Notes under the pieces: model-generated
Told to the model about the DNA's origin: nothing
What the model saw: only the letters and a program-made list of their open reading frames with translations
The model's database searches: none
From: Trueperaceae bacterium
Lineage (GTDB): Bacteria > Deinococcota > Deinococci > Deinococcales > Trueperaceae
DNA length: 64,000 bases
Direction of reading: 5' to 3'
Assembly (NCBI GenBank): GCA_034521815.1
Contig: JAXHLW010000013.1
Span: 1,696,001-1,760,000 of the forward strand
Made by a program: the position numbers and the translations under genes
Part shown: positions 26,183-38,100 of the stretch, piece after piece
How the letters are laid out: each line of letters starts with the position of its first letter
Numbering within the stretch: the stretch's first letter is position 1

Positions 26183-29100
26183 CTACCAGCGGAACAGGCC
26201 GTCCCCTTCGATGCCGATCGTGAACCCGGCGTCGTCGTAGGGCGTGAGGAGGGTATCGCCGGTGCTGTAGCCCAGGCTCAGCCACAGCGAGTCGACGACT
26301 TCGATTCGGAACTCGGCGGTGAGCGACGCGTCGAACGCGCTCAGCGCCGGACGGGCGACCGCCTGGCCGTAGAGGACGGCGTCGGCGTCGCGCTCGAACA
26401 GGACGAGGGGCACGACGACCCCAGGCGCGGCTGGACCGCGAACGGCCTCAGGCGATCGCCCAGGCTCGTCTCCATCGGCAGATCGACGGCCGGAGCGCCA
26501 ACGAGCCGACCGTCGCCGGCGACCAGCAGCCCCTCGACGTCCACTTGCACGCCGAAGCCGGCGTTGATGGTGGTGACACCGTCGGCGACGACGCCGTCGA
26601 GGTACCCGATGGCTCCGCTGGGAACGAGACGTCCTGCGTGCCGGCATCGACTCCGACGGTTCATCGCTGGTCGCGTCGCCGCTGGATCCGGACGCGTTCG
26701 CGTCGGGGTCGACCGTGTCCAGGTCGGCCCGGACGGCCGCACCGAAACGGCCCTCGACGGTGGGCGCCAGTCGCAGGTCGAGATCGACGGCGTACGCGAT
26801 CGCTTCGTGCGCGCCGGCGATGGCGGCGAGCAGGTCGACGGTCGTGGCGTCGTCGGCCGGGAGGACGACGTCCAAGCCGATCTGGCCGTCGATTGCCTCG
26901 TCGCGGTAGCGAACCGCGAAGCCGGCTCGCCACTCGGTGCCCCCGTCCGTCAGGACGGCCGCGCCGTAGAGGTCGGCGTCGACCCCGTCGCCGAGCACGA
27001 AGGGAGCGTTCACGCCGAACCGTAGGCGGTTGCTGGACGTCTCGCCAGCGAGTTCGTAGGCGACCTCGAGCTCGACGCCGCCGATGGTGCGCGCGACGCC
27101 GACCTCGCCTTGCAGGTCGCCGCCTTCGAGCCGCGCGGTTCCCACGAGGGCGGCTCCGGCCACGTCGATCGAGGTGGACAGGGTGGTGAGGGGCGCCCCG
27201 CCACCGACGAGCGGTTGGTCGTGGCCGACGTCGATCCGCACCGGACCGATCTCGCCACCGACGCTCAAACCGGCACGCCACGCGGCGTCCCGCCAGTCGT
27301 ACGAGGTGGCGGCTTCGACGTCGAGCGCGCCGGTCCGCCTCGCGACGTCCAACGTGGTGGTCGCGAGATCGGCCGATTGTTCGTGGCCGATCCCGATCGA
27401 CCAGACGTCGGTCAGGCGGACGCCGACGCGAGCGTCGCCGGTCACGCCGTCGGCGGAGCGGTACCCGAGTCCGGTCTCGATCGCGACGGGGTCGAGGTCG
27501 AGCCGGACGCCGAGCGCCGCACGCTCGACGCCGCTGCCGATCATCGAGGCCGACAGGTCGGCGTCGCCGCCGTCCCAGTCGGTCGTGACCTTCAGCGCCG
27601 CCTCGAAGCGGTCGCCGTAGGACGCGCCGACCTCGACACGGGTCGCACCCAGGTCCACGTTCAAGCCGGCACCGGCGACGATGCCGTCGCGCGGGGCGCC
27701 CATGGGGACGTAGGTCACGGCGAGTTCGGGGCGCTCGCCGTCGGGGCCGAGGATGGCGACCGGGCCGATCAGGACGATCTCGGCGCCGTCCAGGACGTAG
27801 TCGACGCCCGGTTCGAGGCGGACGCGCTCGTCACCGCGCACCCGTTCGACGGCGAGACTGCCGCTGGCGGGGACCTCGGCCAACGTCACCCGGCGCAAGC
27901 CGGCGACATCGAAGCTTTCGCGCACGACGTCGCTGCGGACGACGCCGAGGTAGCCGGAGAGCGTCACGGCCTCGTCGGCGTCCACCTCGGCGCGGAACGC
28001 GGTCGCCGCGGGGCGCTCGCCGACGGCGGGCGCGGACAGGGCTCCGTAGCGGTACTCGACGCTCCAGCGGTCGTCGCGCACGATGAAGGCGATGCCGTCC
28101 TCGCTGGCAAGATCCTGCTCGAAACCGTCCTGGGGAACCAGGCGCCACGCTTCGGTCGGAACCTCCGCACGGTCGTACGGCATCAGCAGACTGGCGAAAC
28201 CGGAGTCGGGCCGCCAGGCGACGCCCAACGCGCCTTCGAGGCGAACCCCGTCGAGCCGAGCATCGACGCGGGTGCGGACCTGAGCACCGAAGCTCGCGAA
28301 TCCGGAGAACGGTGCGAGGCGGGCCGAGGCGTCGTACAGCGCGAGGTTGGGCGCACCGACCTCCTCAGCGGGCAGCAGGGCGAAGTCGACGACGTGCGGT
28401 CCGTAGCCGACGATGCGACGCGCGAAGCCGTCGATCGGGGCGAGGTCCGGCACGCTGCCGGGCAGCAGCGCGACGACGCGCACGTCGATGGGAACTTCGG
28501 CGAAGAGGTACCGACCCGCGCCGTCGCTGATCGCCGTCAGGCCGTCGGCGCGCGCGATCCGGGCCCCTTCGACGGGCAGGTCGCCGTCGCCGAAGCGGCC
28601 GTCCTCGTCGAGGTCCAGGAAGACCCGACCGAAGACCGCGCGATCGTCGTCGACGACCGCACGGACGTCCAGGATCACGACGAGGTCGAGCGTCATGGCG
28701 TCGCTGTAGACGACGCCGAACGGATCGACGATCCGCGCCACGACGTCGTAGCTGCCCGTCGCCAGGGCGTGCTCGTCCGGAACGACCAGCGTCCAGCGAC
28801 CCGTCTCGGGATCGTGATCGAGGTGGCCGTCGCCGAGCTCGTAGGCTGACCCCGTCGAGCGTGACGGTGAAGACGTCGCCGGGACGCAGCTCCGCGGTGC
28901 CGGTGACGGTGGGGGTCGCGGTGCCGACCGTCGCCTGATCCACGGTCGGCGGGTTCGGCGCTGCGAGGCGCACGAGCAGTTCGTCCTCGGTCGCGTCCGA
29001 CGTCGCGTTCCCGGCCGCCGTCGTGACGGTCACGACGACGTCGTAGAGGCCCTCCTCGAGGGCATGCTCGGTCGGAACGACGAGGCTCCAGCGACCGCTG

Positions 29101-32100
29101 GCGGCGTCGTAGTCGACCGCGCCCGAGGCGACGTCGTACAGGACGCCGTTCACCACGATCGTGAGCGTATCGCCGGCGAGGACCTCGGCCGTACCGCCGA
29201 GGACCGGCGTCGCGTCGTCGCTGACGAGCGGGTCGACCGTCGGCACGGCGGGCACGCGCGTGTCGACCACGATCTCGCCCGTTCCCTCGGCAGGGCCGGT
29301 GACGCCGTTGCCCGCCAGGTCGTAGGCGATGATCGTCACGTCGTAGGCGCCGCTGGCGAGCGCGTCCTCGGCCGGGATCGCGATCCTCCAGGTCCCGTCC
29401 GGATCGAGCTCCGCAGGATAGGTCGTGCCGGCGACGGTGACCTCGATCCGATCGGTGTCGCCCACGTCGTAGCCACCACCGAGGATCGGTGTCGGATCGG
29501 TCGTGAGGACCGGATCGAGGGTCGGCATCGCGGGGGGCACCGTGTCGACGACGATCGTGCGTTCGGTCGTGTCGCTGGCGTTGCCCGCCGGATCGTAGGT
29601 GGTGGCCTGGAGCACGTAGGTGCCGTCGGGGAGCGAGTCGTCGGCACTGCGGTCGACGCTCCACCCCTCTCCGTCCCGGTCGGCGATGGTGTCGAACACG
29701 ACCTCGCCCGCATCGTCGACGAGGACGATCTGGACGTCCAGTCCGGAGCGGCCCGTGCCCTCGAAGAGGAGGGTCGGATCGTTGCTGACGAAGTCGCCAT
29801 CGATGCCGCTGTCGTCCGAGATCGCGTCGATCGTCGGGGCGGCATCGGTCCCGCCGGTGATGACGATCGTCACGGTGGTCTCGGTCCCATCGGCGGCGAT
29901 CAGCGGGAAGGTGTCGACGAGCTCCTCACCGTCGTCGAGGGCGTCGACGTCCGGGCTCGTCCCATCCAGCCGGTAGCTCCAGACGCCGGACGCGCCGACG
30001 GTGAAGGTGGCGTAGCCAGCGTCGCTGACCGTGGCGGTATCGACGGGCTCGAAGGCGTCGTCCGTTCCATCGACGTCGCTGGTCGCTGCGTCGCCGCCGA
30101 CGACCTGAACGACCGCGTCCTCGTAGACGCTGCCGGACAGGTCGCCGGCGAAGACGGCGGGATCGTTGGCGCCGGTGATGGTGAAGGCGATTCGGGCGGG
30201 CGTGTCCGCTCCCTGCGGATCGCTGACCACCACGTCGAAGGGGACGACGGGGGTGGACCCGGCGGACACGGCGTCGATCGTCGCGGCATCGGGCGTGAAG
30301 GCGAAGTCCCCATCGGCGTTCAGGCTCAACGTGCCGTACGGGCTGGTGCCGTCCTGCCCGGTCGCGAACGACCAGGCCAGGTCGGTGACGAGATCGTCCT
30401 CGTCGACGTCGCTCGCCTCGAGCGTGCCCGTGATCGGGTCGAACGCGTCGGTGGCGGGCGTATCGACGTACCCGAAGTCGTACGTGCCGCTCACGACCGG
30501 GGCGTCGTCGACGCCGGTCACGGTGACGATCACGGTCGCGCTGCGCGCGCCGCTCTCGCCGTCGCTGACGGTGTAGACCATGCGGGTCTCGACGCTGTCA
30601 CCGACGTCCAGCCGTTCGAAGTCGCCGTCGGGATCGAACGTCAGTTCGCCCGTGGACGCGATCAGGAAGGTGCCGCCGTCGCTGCCGGCCGTCGCGACAC
30701 CCACGTTGGCGGCGGCGCCGTCGACGAGTTCGACGAACAGCGCGTCGCTGTCGAGAGCGGCGTCGTTGTCCAGCACGTCGGCTCCCGACAGGGCGGTGTC
30801 CTCGTCGGTCTCGTACAGGTCGTCGGTCGGTTCCGGACCGCGGTTCGAGACGGTCCAGGTGAACGTCTGCGTGGCGACGAGTCCGGACGCGTCGGTGCGC
30901 GTGATGGCGACCTCGTAGACGCCCCGGTCCACGCCGTCGCCGACCTGGCTCGCGGCGGGATCGATGGTGCCGGACACGAGGCCGGTCGTGGGATCGATGG
31001 AGAGCGAGCCGGGCGCTCCCGCCATCGCGTAGGAAACGGTGTCGGGCACGTCCACGTCGGTGAAGAACGTCGAGACGTCGAAGGACACCGGGCTTGCGTC
31101 GAGCCCATCCTGGTCGGGGATGGTCCCGACGGTCACCGGTGCGTCGTTGCTGCCGGTGATGACGATCGTGACCGTCGCCTCGGTACCGTCGGCGGTCCGG
31201 ATCGGGAAGGTGTCGTTCAGGGTGGCGCCGGACGCCAAGGCGTCGACCGTAGGATCGGCGTCGTCCAGCACGTAGCTCCAGTCGCCCTCCGAGCCGACCG
31301 TGTACGTGCCGTAGCCGCCGGTGCTGGAGCTGAGGGTCGCGACGGCCTCGAAGGTCGTCGCGGAATCGACGTCGGACGCGACGGCGGTGCCGGTGGCGGT
31401 AGCCGACCCACGTGGACCGTCGGACTCGACACCGGCTTCGACGACGCCGCCGGTGAGATCGCCGGACACGTCGGCCGGATCGTTCGCGCCGGCGATGGTG
31501 ATCGTCACCGTCTGGACCGCCGAGGCGTCGGACGCGGTGCCGGAGTCGTCGGTCGCGACGACGTCGTAGGCGAGGACGAGGGTGTCGCCCTCGTTCAGGT
31601 AGGTGAAGGTCGCCGCGGCGGGCTCGAACGTCCAGGTGGCCGTGCCCTCGACGCTGCCGGAGAGGACCACGTCGTCCGCGTCCACGACGAGCATCGGGAG
31701 CAGATCGTCCGTCGCGTCCAGCGTGCCGAGCGGGCCGCTGGTCGTGAGACCCGTCACGGCCACGCCGACCGTGTCGCTCAGGTCGACATCGCGGACGGTC
31801 AGGCTGCCGGTCGCGCGGAACGGCGTCGCGTCCTCGGCGAGCGTGGCCACGTCGGAATCGCCGCTCTGGAGGGCGATCTCGGGCGCGTCGTTCACGCCGG
31901 TCACGGTGACGGTCAGGCTGGCCGTGTCGCTGCCGCCCTCGTCGTCCGTGATCGTGTAGCCGACGGCCGTGTCGACCGACTCGCCATCGGCGAGGTACTG
32001 CAGGGCCGAGCCGGGGGCGACGGCGTAGCTACCGTCGGAGGCGAGGACGAACGAGCCGAGCTCCGAGCCGGTCACGGTGCGGCTTCCGCCGTCCGTGATC

Positions 32101-35100
32101 GCCAAGCCGGAGACGGCCGAGACGCGCAGGGCGTCGCCGTCGACGTCGCTGGCATGGGCGGCGGTCAGCAGGCCGCCGGCGGCGTCGACGCTCAGAACCG
32201 TGTCCTCGTCGGTCGTATCGGACACGGGCGTCGCGGTCGGCGCGGGGTTGCGGATCGTCCAAGCGAACGTCTGCGACGTCGACGCGCGCACGTCGTCGAC
32301 GTCCGCGTCGGACGGGTCGCGGTCGTAGGCGGTGATGGTAACGGCGTAGGCACCGTCGCTGTCCGGACCACCTTGGCTGGCGCTGCCGTCCACGGTGCCG
32401 GTGACGACGCCCGTAGCTGGGTCGATGGCCAGGCCCGCCGGCGCGTCGGAGAGGGCGAAGGTCAGCACGTCGCGCGCGTCCGGATCGGCGAAGCCGCCGG
32501 ACGGGTCGACGGACACGACCTCCGCGTCGTCGGACGTGCGCGGGGCGAGGACGGTGCTGGTGGGCGGGCTGTTGGCGCCCGTCAGCGTCAGGGTCACGTC
32601 CACGGTCGCCGTGCCGCTGGCCTCGTCGCTGTGGAGGACGGTGTAGACGACCTCGATCGTCTCGCCCTCGCCCAGCTCGCGCAGGGCGGCGTCGGCGATG
32701 GCGAAGGTCCAGCCGGTCGTGCCGGCGTTGGCGCGGCTGTCGACGCCATCGCCGCTCAACCTGAGCGCGGTATTCAGGACGGCGTCGGTCAGGCCGGTCG
32801 GAACGATCGCGGCGCCTTGCGGCGTCACAGCGCTCACGGCCACGGTTGCCAGCGAGCCGTCGGTCGCGTCGATGTCGCCGAAGATCACGGCGCCGGTGGC
32901 GGTCAGCTCGCCGCCCACGACGTCCACGCCTTCGGTGACCGTGCCGGTCAGGGTCGAACCGAGTCCGTTCACCTCGGGCGCGTCGTTGACGCCGTTCAAA
33001 GTGATCGTGACGGTCTGCGCCGTGGCGCTCGCACCGTCGTCGACCTCGATCTCGTAGGCGACCTCGACGGCATCGCCGGCAGCGAGGAACTGCAGCAGCT
33101 CGTTCGCCAGCGTGAAGGTCCAGTCGATCGTGCCGGCGTTCACGGCATCGGAGTCGGCGCCAGGGCCGGACAGCGTGAGCGGTCCTGCCGCGATCGCCAG
33201 GGCGTCCGCCAGCTCGGTCGGCAGGCTCACGCCGGCGCTCGGGGTGATGGAGAGCAGGTTCGTGACCGACGCGGTCGGCGCGTCGGCCGCATCGGGATCG
33301 GCGAAGGAGAGGTCTCCGGAGGCGGACACGACCGTGGCGTCCGCCGGATCGGTCACGTCCTCCGTGACAGAGCCGGTGACGACGCCCGGCGTGACGATCG
33401 GGGCCACGTTGCCGCCTTGGAGGGTAACCGTGACGGTCTGGTCGGCCGTGGCCGTACCGTCGTCGAGTCGGACGACGTACGTGAGGACGAGGCTCTCGCC
33501 CGCGTCGAGGTACGCGAAGGCGTCGGCGGAGGCCGTGAACGTCCAGGTGACCGTGCCGGTCGTCGCACCGTCGGCCACGCCTCCGGTCGCCACCATGAGG
33601 GCTCGCAGCTCCTCGGTGTCCAAGGTCGAGCCATCGGTCACCGATCCGGCTTCGACCGTGACTGCCGCGATGGACGCGCTCACGACGTCGCTGCGGTCGA
33701 GGTCGGCGGCGGCCAGCGTGCCGGTATCGGACAGGACCTCACCGCTCTCGCTCAACGTCGTCGAGGTGGGCCCCTCGCTCCAGGTCGGCGCGTCGTTCGC
33801 GCCGGTCACGGTGATGGTGACGTCCTGCGTCACGGTCACGCCCTGCGTGTCGCGCGCGCCGAGGCGGTAGAGGAGGTCGATCGCTTCGCCCGACGCCAGG
33901 CGGCGGAAGGTCTCCGCGCCCGGATCGAACGTCCAGGTCGCCGTACCGGTCGTGGCGCCGGCCGTGACGACGGTCGCGTCGGTCGGACCGGAGGCGGTGA
34001 ACATCGACGCCAGGTCGACGTCGCTCCAGCCGACGGATGCGCCGCTGCCGGTCACGCTGACCAGCGTGGCGGTCGCGTCGACCACGACGGTGTCGCCCAG
34101 GTCGACGTCGGTGAGAGTCAGGGTGCCCTGCTGGGTCGCAGGGACCGTTCCCTGCGACAGCGTCGCGGTCGCCGAGTCGGTTCCGACGACGCTGAACGTC
34201 GGGGCGTCGTTGGCGCCGGTGATCGTGACGGTCACGATCTGCGCGGCGCTCGTGGCTCCGTCGCCGATCGTGACGCGGTAGCGCTCGACGATGGTCTGGT
34301 TGGCGGTCAGGTCCTGCACGTCCGCGTTGGCGACGGCGTAGCTCCAGTCGGCTTCGCCGGTGGCACCATCGGCCGCGGCCACGCGCGGCGTGGCGTCGGC
34401 GGCGAACGTTCCAAGCTGGGTTCCGCTAGCCGCCGTGCTGTCGATGAACTCGGTCGCGACGGTATGCGCATCGCTCCCGTCGGCATCGCCGAAGGTCAAC
34501 GTGCCGGCGTCGGTCAGGTCGCCGCTGCCGTCGACGGCGACGTCCTCGGTCAGTGCGGAGGTCACGTCGCCGCCGGTGATGACGGGCGCGACGTTGCTGC
34601 CGGTGATCACGATCGTGACGGGCACCGTGGCCGAGGTCGCCGGGGTCGGCGTCGCGTCGTCGCTCACCAGCACGTCGTAGACCACGGTCAGCGTCTCGCC
34701 TGCAGCGAGGTACCCGAGTTCAGCGGTGCCGGCGCTCCAGGTCCAGGAGACAGTGCCGGTCGTCGCGCCCGCGGGCACGACGGGCTCGAAGGCGACGTCG
34801 AGCATCGCTGCGAGCGCCTCGTCGGACGGCTGCGCGCCCGCGGAGGCCACGTCGCTCGTTCCGTCGTTCTGCACGGCGCTGGCGAGCGTGGCGGACACCG
34901 TGACGACGTCCGCGACGTCGACGTCCGCAGCGCTCAGGCTGCCGCTCGCATCGAGGGCGTCCACGCCCTCCTGCAGGGTCGCGCCGTCGCTGTCCCCGGT
35001 GCCGACGCTCAGCGTCGGGGCGTCGTTGGAGCCCGTCAGCGTGATGGTCACGCGCACGACGGCGCCGCCGCCCTCGCCGTCGTCGACGAGAACGTCGTAG

Positions 35101-38100
35101 CGCTCGACGATCTGCTGACCGCCACGCAGGAACTGGAGGTCAGCGTTCGCCACGTCGTACGTCCAGGTGGCGACGCCAATCGCGCCGCCGGTCGCGGCCG
35201 TCGGTGACGGTCGCGTCCAACGTTCCGAAGGCGGCCCCGCCAGCCGCGCTGGTGTCGACGAAGCTCGCCGCCGCCGTGTGCGCGTCCGTGAGATCCAGGT
35301 CGGTCAGGTCGATCGTGCCGGTCGCGGACAGGCCGCCGTCGATCACTGCGCCGTCCTCGCTGACGGCTCCGGTCGGGTCGGCCGAGGCGGCGTCAGGCGC
35401 GTCGTTGGCGCCGCGCACCACGAAGATCAGCGTCGCCGTCGCGTCGTCGGCACTCGTTCCGTCGCTGACGGCGGCCGGGATGGAGATCGTCAGGGTTTCG
35501 CCGGCGGCCAGGAAGTCGAGATCGACGGCGCTCGGCGCGTAGCTCGCCGCGAAGGCGAAGTCGCCCCCGGTGGTGGTCGCCTCGGTCGGATCGAAGGTGA
35601 CGACGCCGTCCGCCGCGAGCGGCGCGAGGGCCGTCTCGGCGTCCGCGTCCAGGGCGCCACCGGACCAGGTGATCGTGGCGCTGGCGAGATCGACGCTCGG
35701 TGTCGCCGTGTCGCCGACGTCCGCGTCCGTCACGGCGAAGGGAACGGTGTCGGACAGCGCTTGCGCGCTGGCGTCGGCCGCCTCGTCGATGACGGTGGGC
35801 TGGATCGCGAGGGTCGGGGCGTCGTTGGTGCCGGTGACGGTGATCGTCAGCGACGCTGCGTCGGCCCCGCCCTCGTCGTCGGTGAGGGTGAACGGGAGGC
35901 TGGTCGGCGCTTGCTCGTTCGTACGCAGCGCATCGAAGTCCGTACCAGGGTCGAAGGCGTACGTGCCGTCCGACCGCACGGTGAAGGTGCCGCCGTCGCT
36001 GCCGGCGACGATGACGTCGGACCCGTCGGCGATCGTGGCGCCCGCCGCGATCGAAACGCGCAGCGCGTCGCCGTCGGCGTCGGTCGCGCCGCTCAGCAGC
36101 GCTCCGGCAGTCTCCGCCGCCAGGATGGCGGCGTTCTCGGCCGTGGCGCCGGCCACATCGCTCGCGACCGGCACGGTGTTCACGAACACCAGCGTGAAGG
36201 CGTCGCTGACGGCGTCACCATCGGCATCGGTCGCCGTAACGGTCACCGTGAAGACACCGCGGGTCGTGTTCACGCCGTCGATCGTCTGTTGGCTGGCGTC
36301 GGCGGGAACGGTGGCCACGCCGTCGAGCTCGAGCGTGCCGGCCGTCGTCATGGTCAGCCACGCCGGCAGCCCTTCGGCGGTGAAGCTCAAGGCGTCGCCG
36401 TCGGCTGCCGTGAAGCTCCCGCTCACGGCCAGCGAGAAGCCGGCGGTTCCGTCCTCGACCGACCGATCGGCGATCGGCGTGACGACGGTCGGTCCGACGT
36501 TCGTGACGGTCCACTGGAAGCTGGTCGTCACGGTCAGGCCGCCGGCGTCCGTCGCCGTGACGTCGATGCTGTACGGGCTGCCCGCCGACGCGCCGGACGC
36601 GATCGTGCCATCGATCAGGCCGGTGTCGGACAGCGTGAGCCCGTTGGGGAGCGTGCCCGCCGTGACGGCGTAGCTGTGGGTGTCCCCCATGTCGACGTCG
36701 CCGAAGAACGGCGCGACGTCAAGGTTGGCGGCGGCGCCGTCGACGCTCGCCTGGTCGGCGATCGTGCCTGCGGTCGGGGCGTCGTTCGCGCCCGTGATGG
36801 TGACCGCGACGGTCGCCTCGGTGCCGTCCTCGGACCGGACGACGAAACTGTCGGTGAGGGTGTCGCCTGCCGCCAGCGCGTCGACCGTTCGGTTCGCGTC
36901 GTCCAGCGTGTAGGTCCAGGCGCCGGCCGCGTCGACCGTGTAGCCGCCGTAGCCGTTGGCGCTGGCCGCGTCGGTCGTGACGGCCTGGAAGGCGTCGTCC
37001 GTCCCGTCGGCGTCGCTGGACGTGAAGGCGCCGCTGGCCGTCACGTCTCCGGGCGTGCCGTTGGCGGTGCCGCCGGCCTCGGTGACGCTGGTGTCGGGCG
37101 TGCCTTGCGGCGTGATGACCGCCGCGTCGTTCGTACCTGCGATCCAGATCGTGACGGGGAACGACGCGAAGGAGCCCGCCCCGTCCGTCGCGCGCAGGCC
37201 GTAGGTGAGGGAGATCCGCTGGCCCTCGGCGAGGCCGTCGAAGGCTTCGGCTTCGCTGTCGAACGTCCATGTCAGCGTGCCGGTCGTCGTACCCGCACCG
37301 AGGTCGGAGGCGGCGCCCATCATCGCGAGCAGCGCCGTATCGTCCAATGCGCCGGGCAGCGTGCCGGTCGTCGCGACCGACGCGACGCTCGCATCGACCA
37401 CGTCGGCCAGGTCCAGATCGCCGACGGTCAGGCTTCCCGTCGCGGTCAGCTCGGCGTCGGTATCGGTCAGGTCGGCCGTGCTGTCGTCCCCGCTCTCGCG
37501 GGTGAGGGTCGGAGCGTCGTTGCTACCGGCGATCGTGATCGTCGCGGTCGGCGCGTTCGACGCGGCGTTCGCGGCGCCCGAATCGTCGGTCGCGACGAGG
37601 TCGAAGGACAGGGTGATCGACTCGGACGCGGCGAGGAAGTCGAGGTCCTCGGTCGTCTCGAACGTCCAGCCGGCCAGGTCGCCGTCGATCGTCAGATCGG
37701 CCTCCAGGGCCGCCGTCAGCGCGGGCGGGAGCGTTCCGCCGCTCCAGGTCGCGTCGCCGTTGCTGCTCGCGGTGACCGAGGCCACGCCGTCGCCCGCATC
37801 GACGTCCGCGACCGACAACGTGCCGGTCGTGCGCAACGTCGCGCCGGCGTCCGCCTCCGCGATCGTGCCGCTGGCGTCGTCCAGCGTCAGGATCGGCGCG
37901 TCGTTGCTGCCGGTCAGGGTGATCGTGACCGTCTGCGTCGCGATCGGGTCCGCGGTGGCACCGTCGTCGATCGTGACCGTGTAGACCTGCGTGCGGACCT
38001 CGCTCTCCTGGAGCGTGTCCAGATCGGCCGCGTCGACGGTGAAGGTCCAGGCGACCGTGTCGGCGCCTTGCTCGATCGCGTCGAGCGTCAGGGCGCCCAG

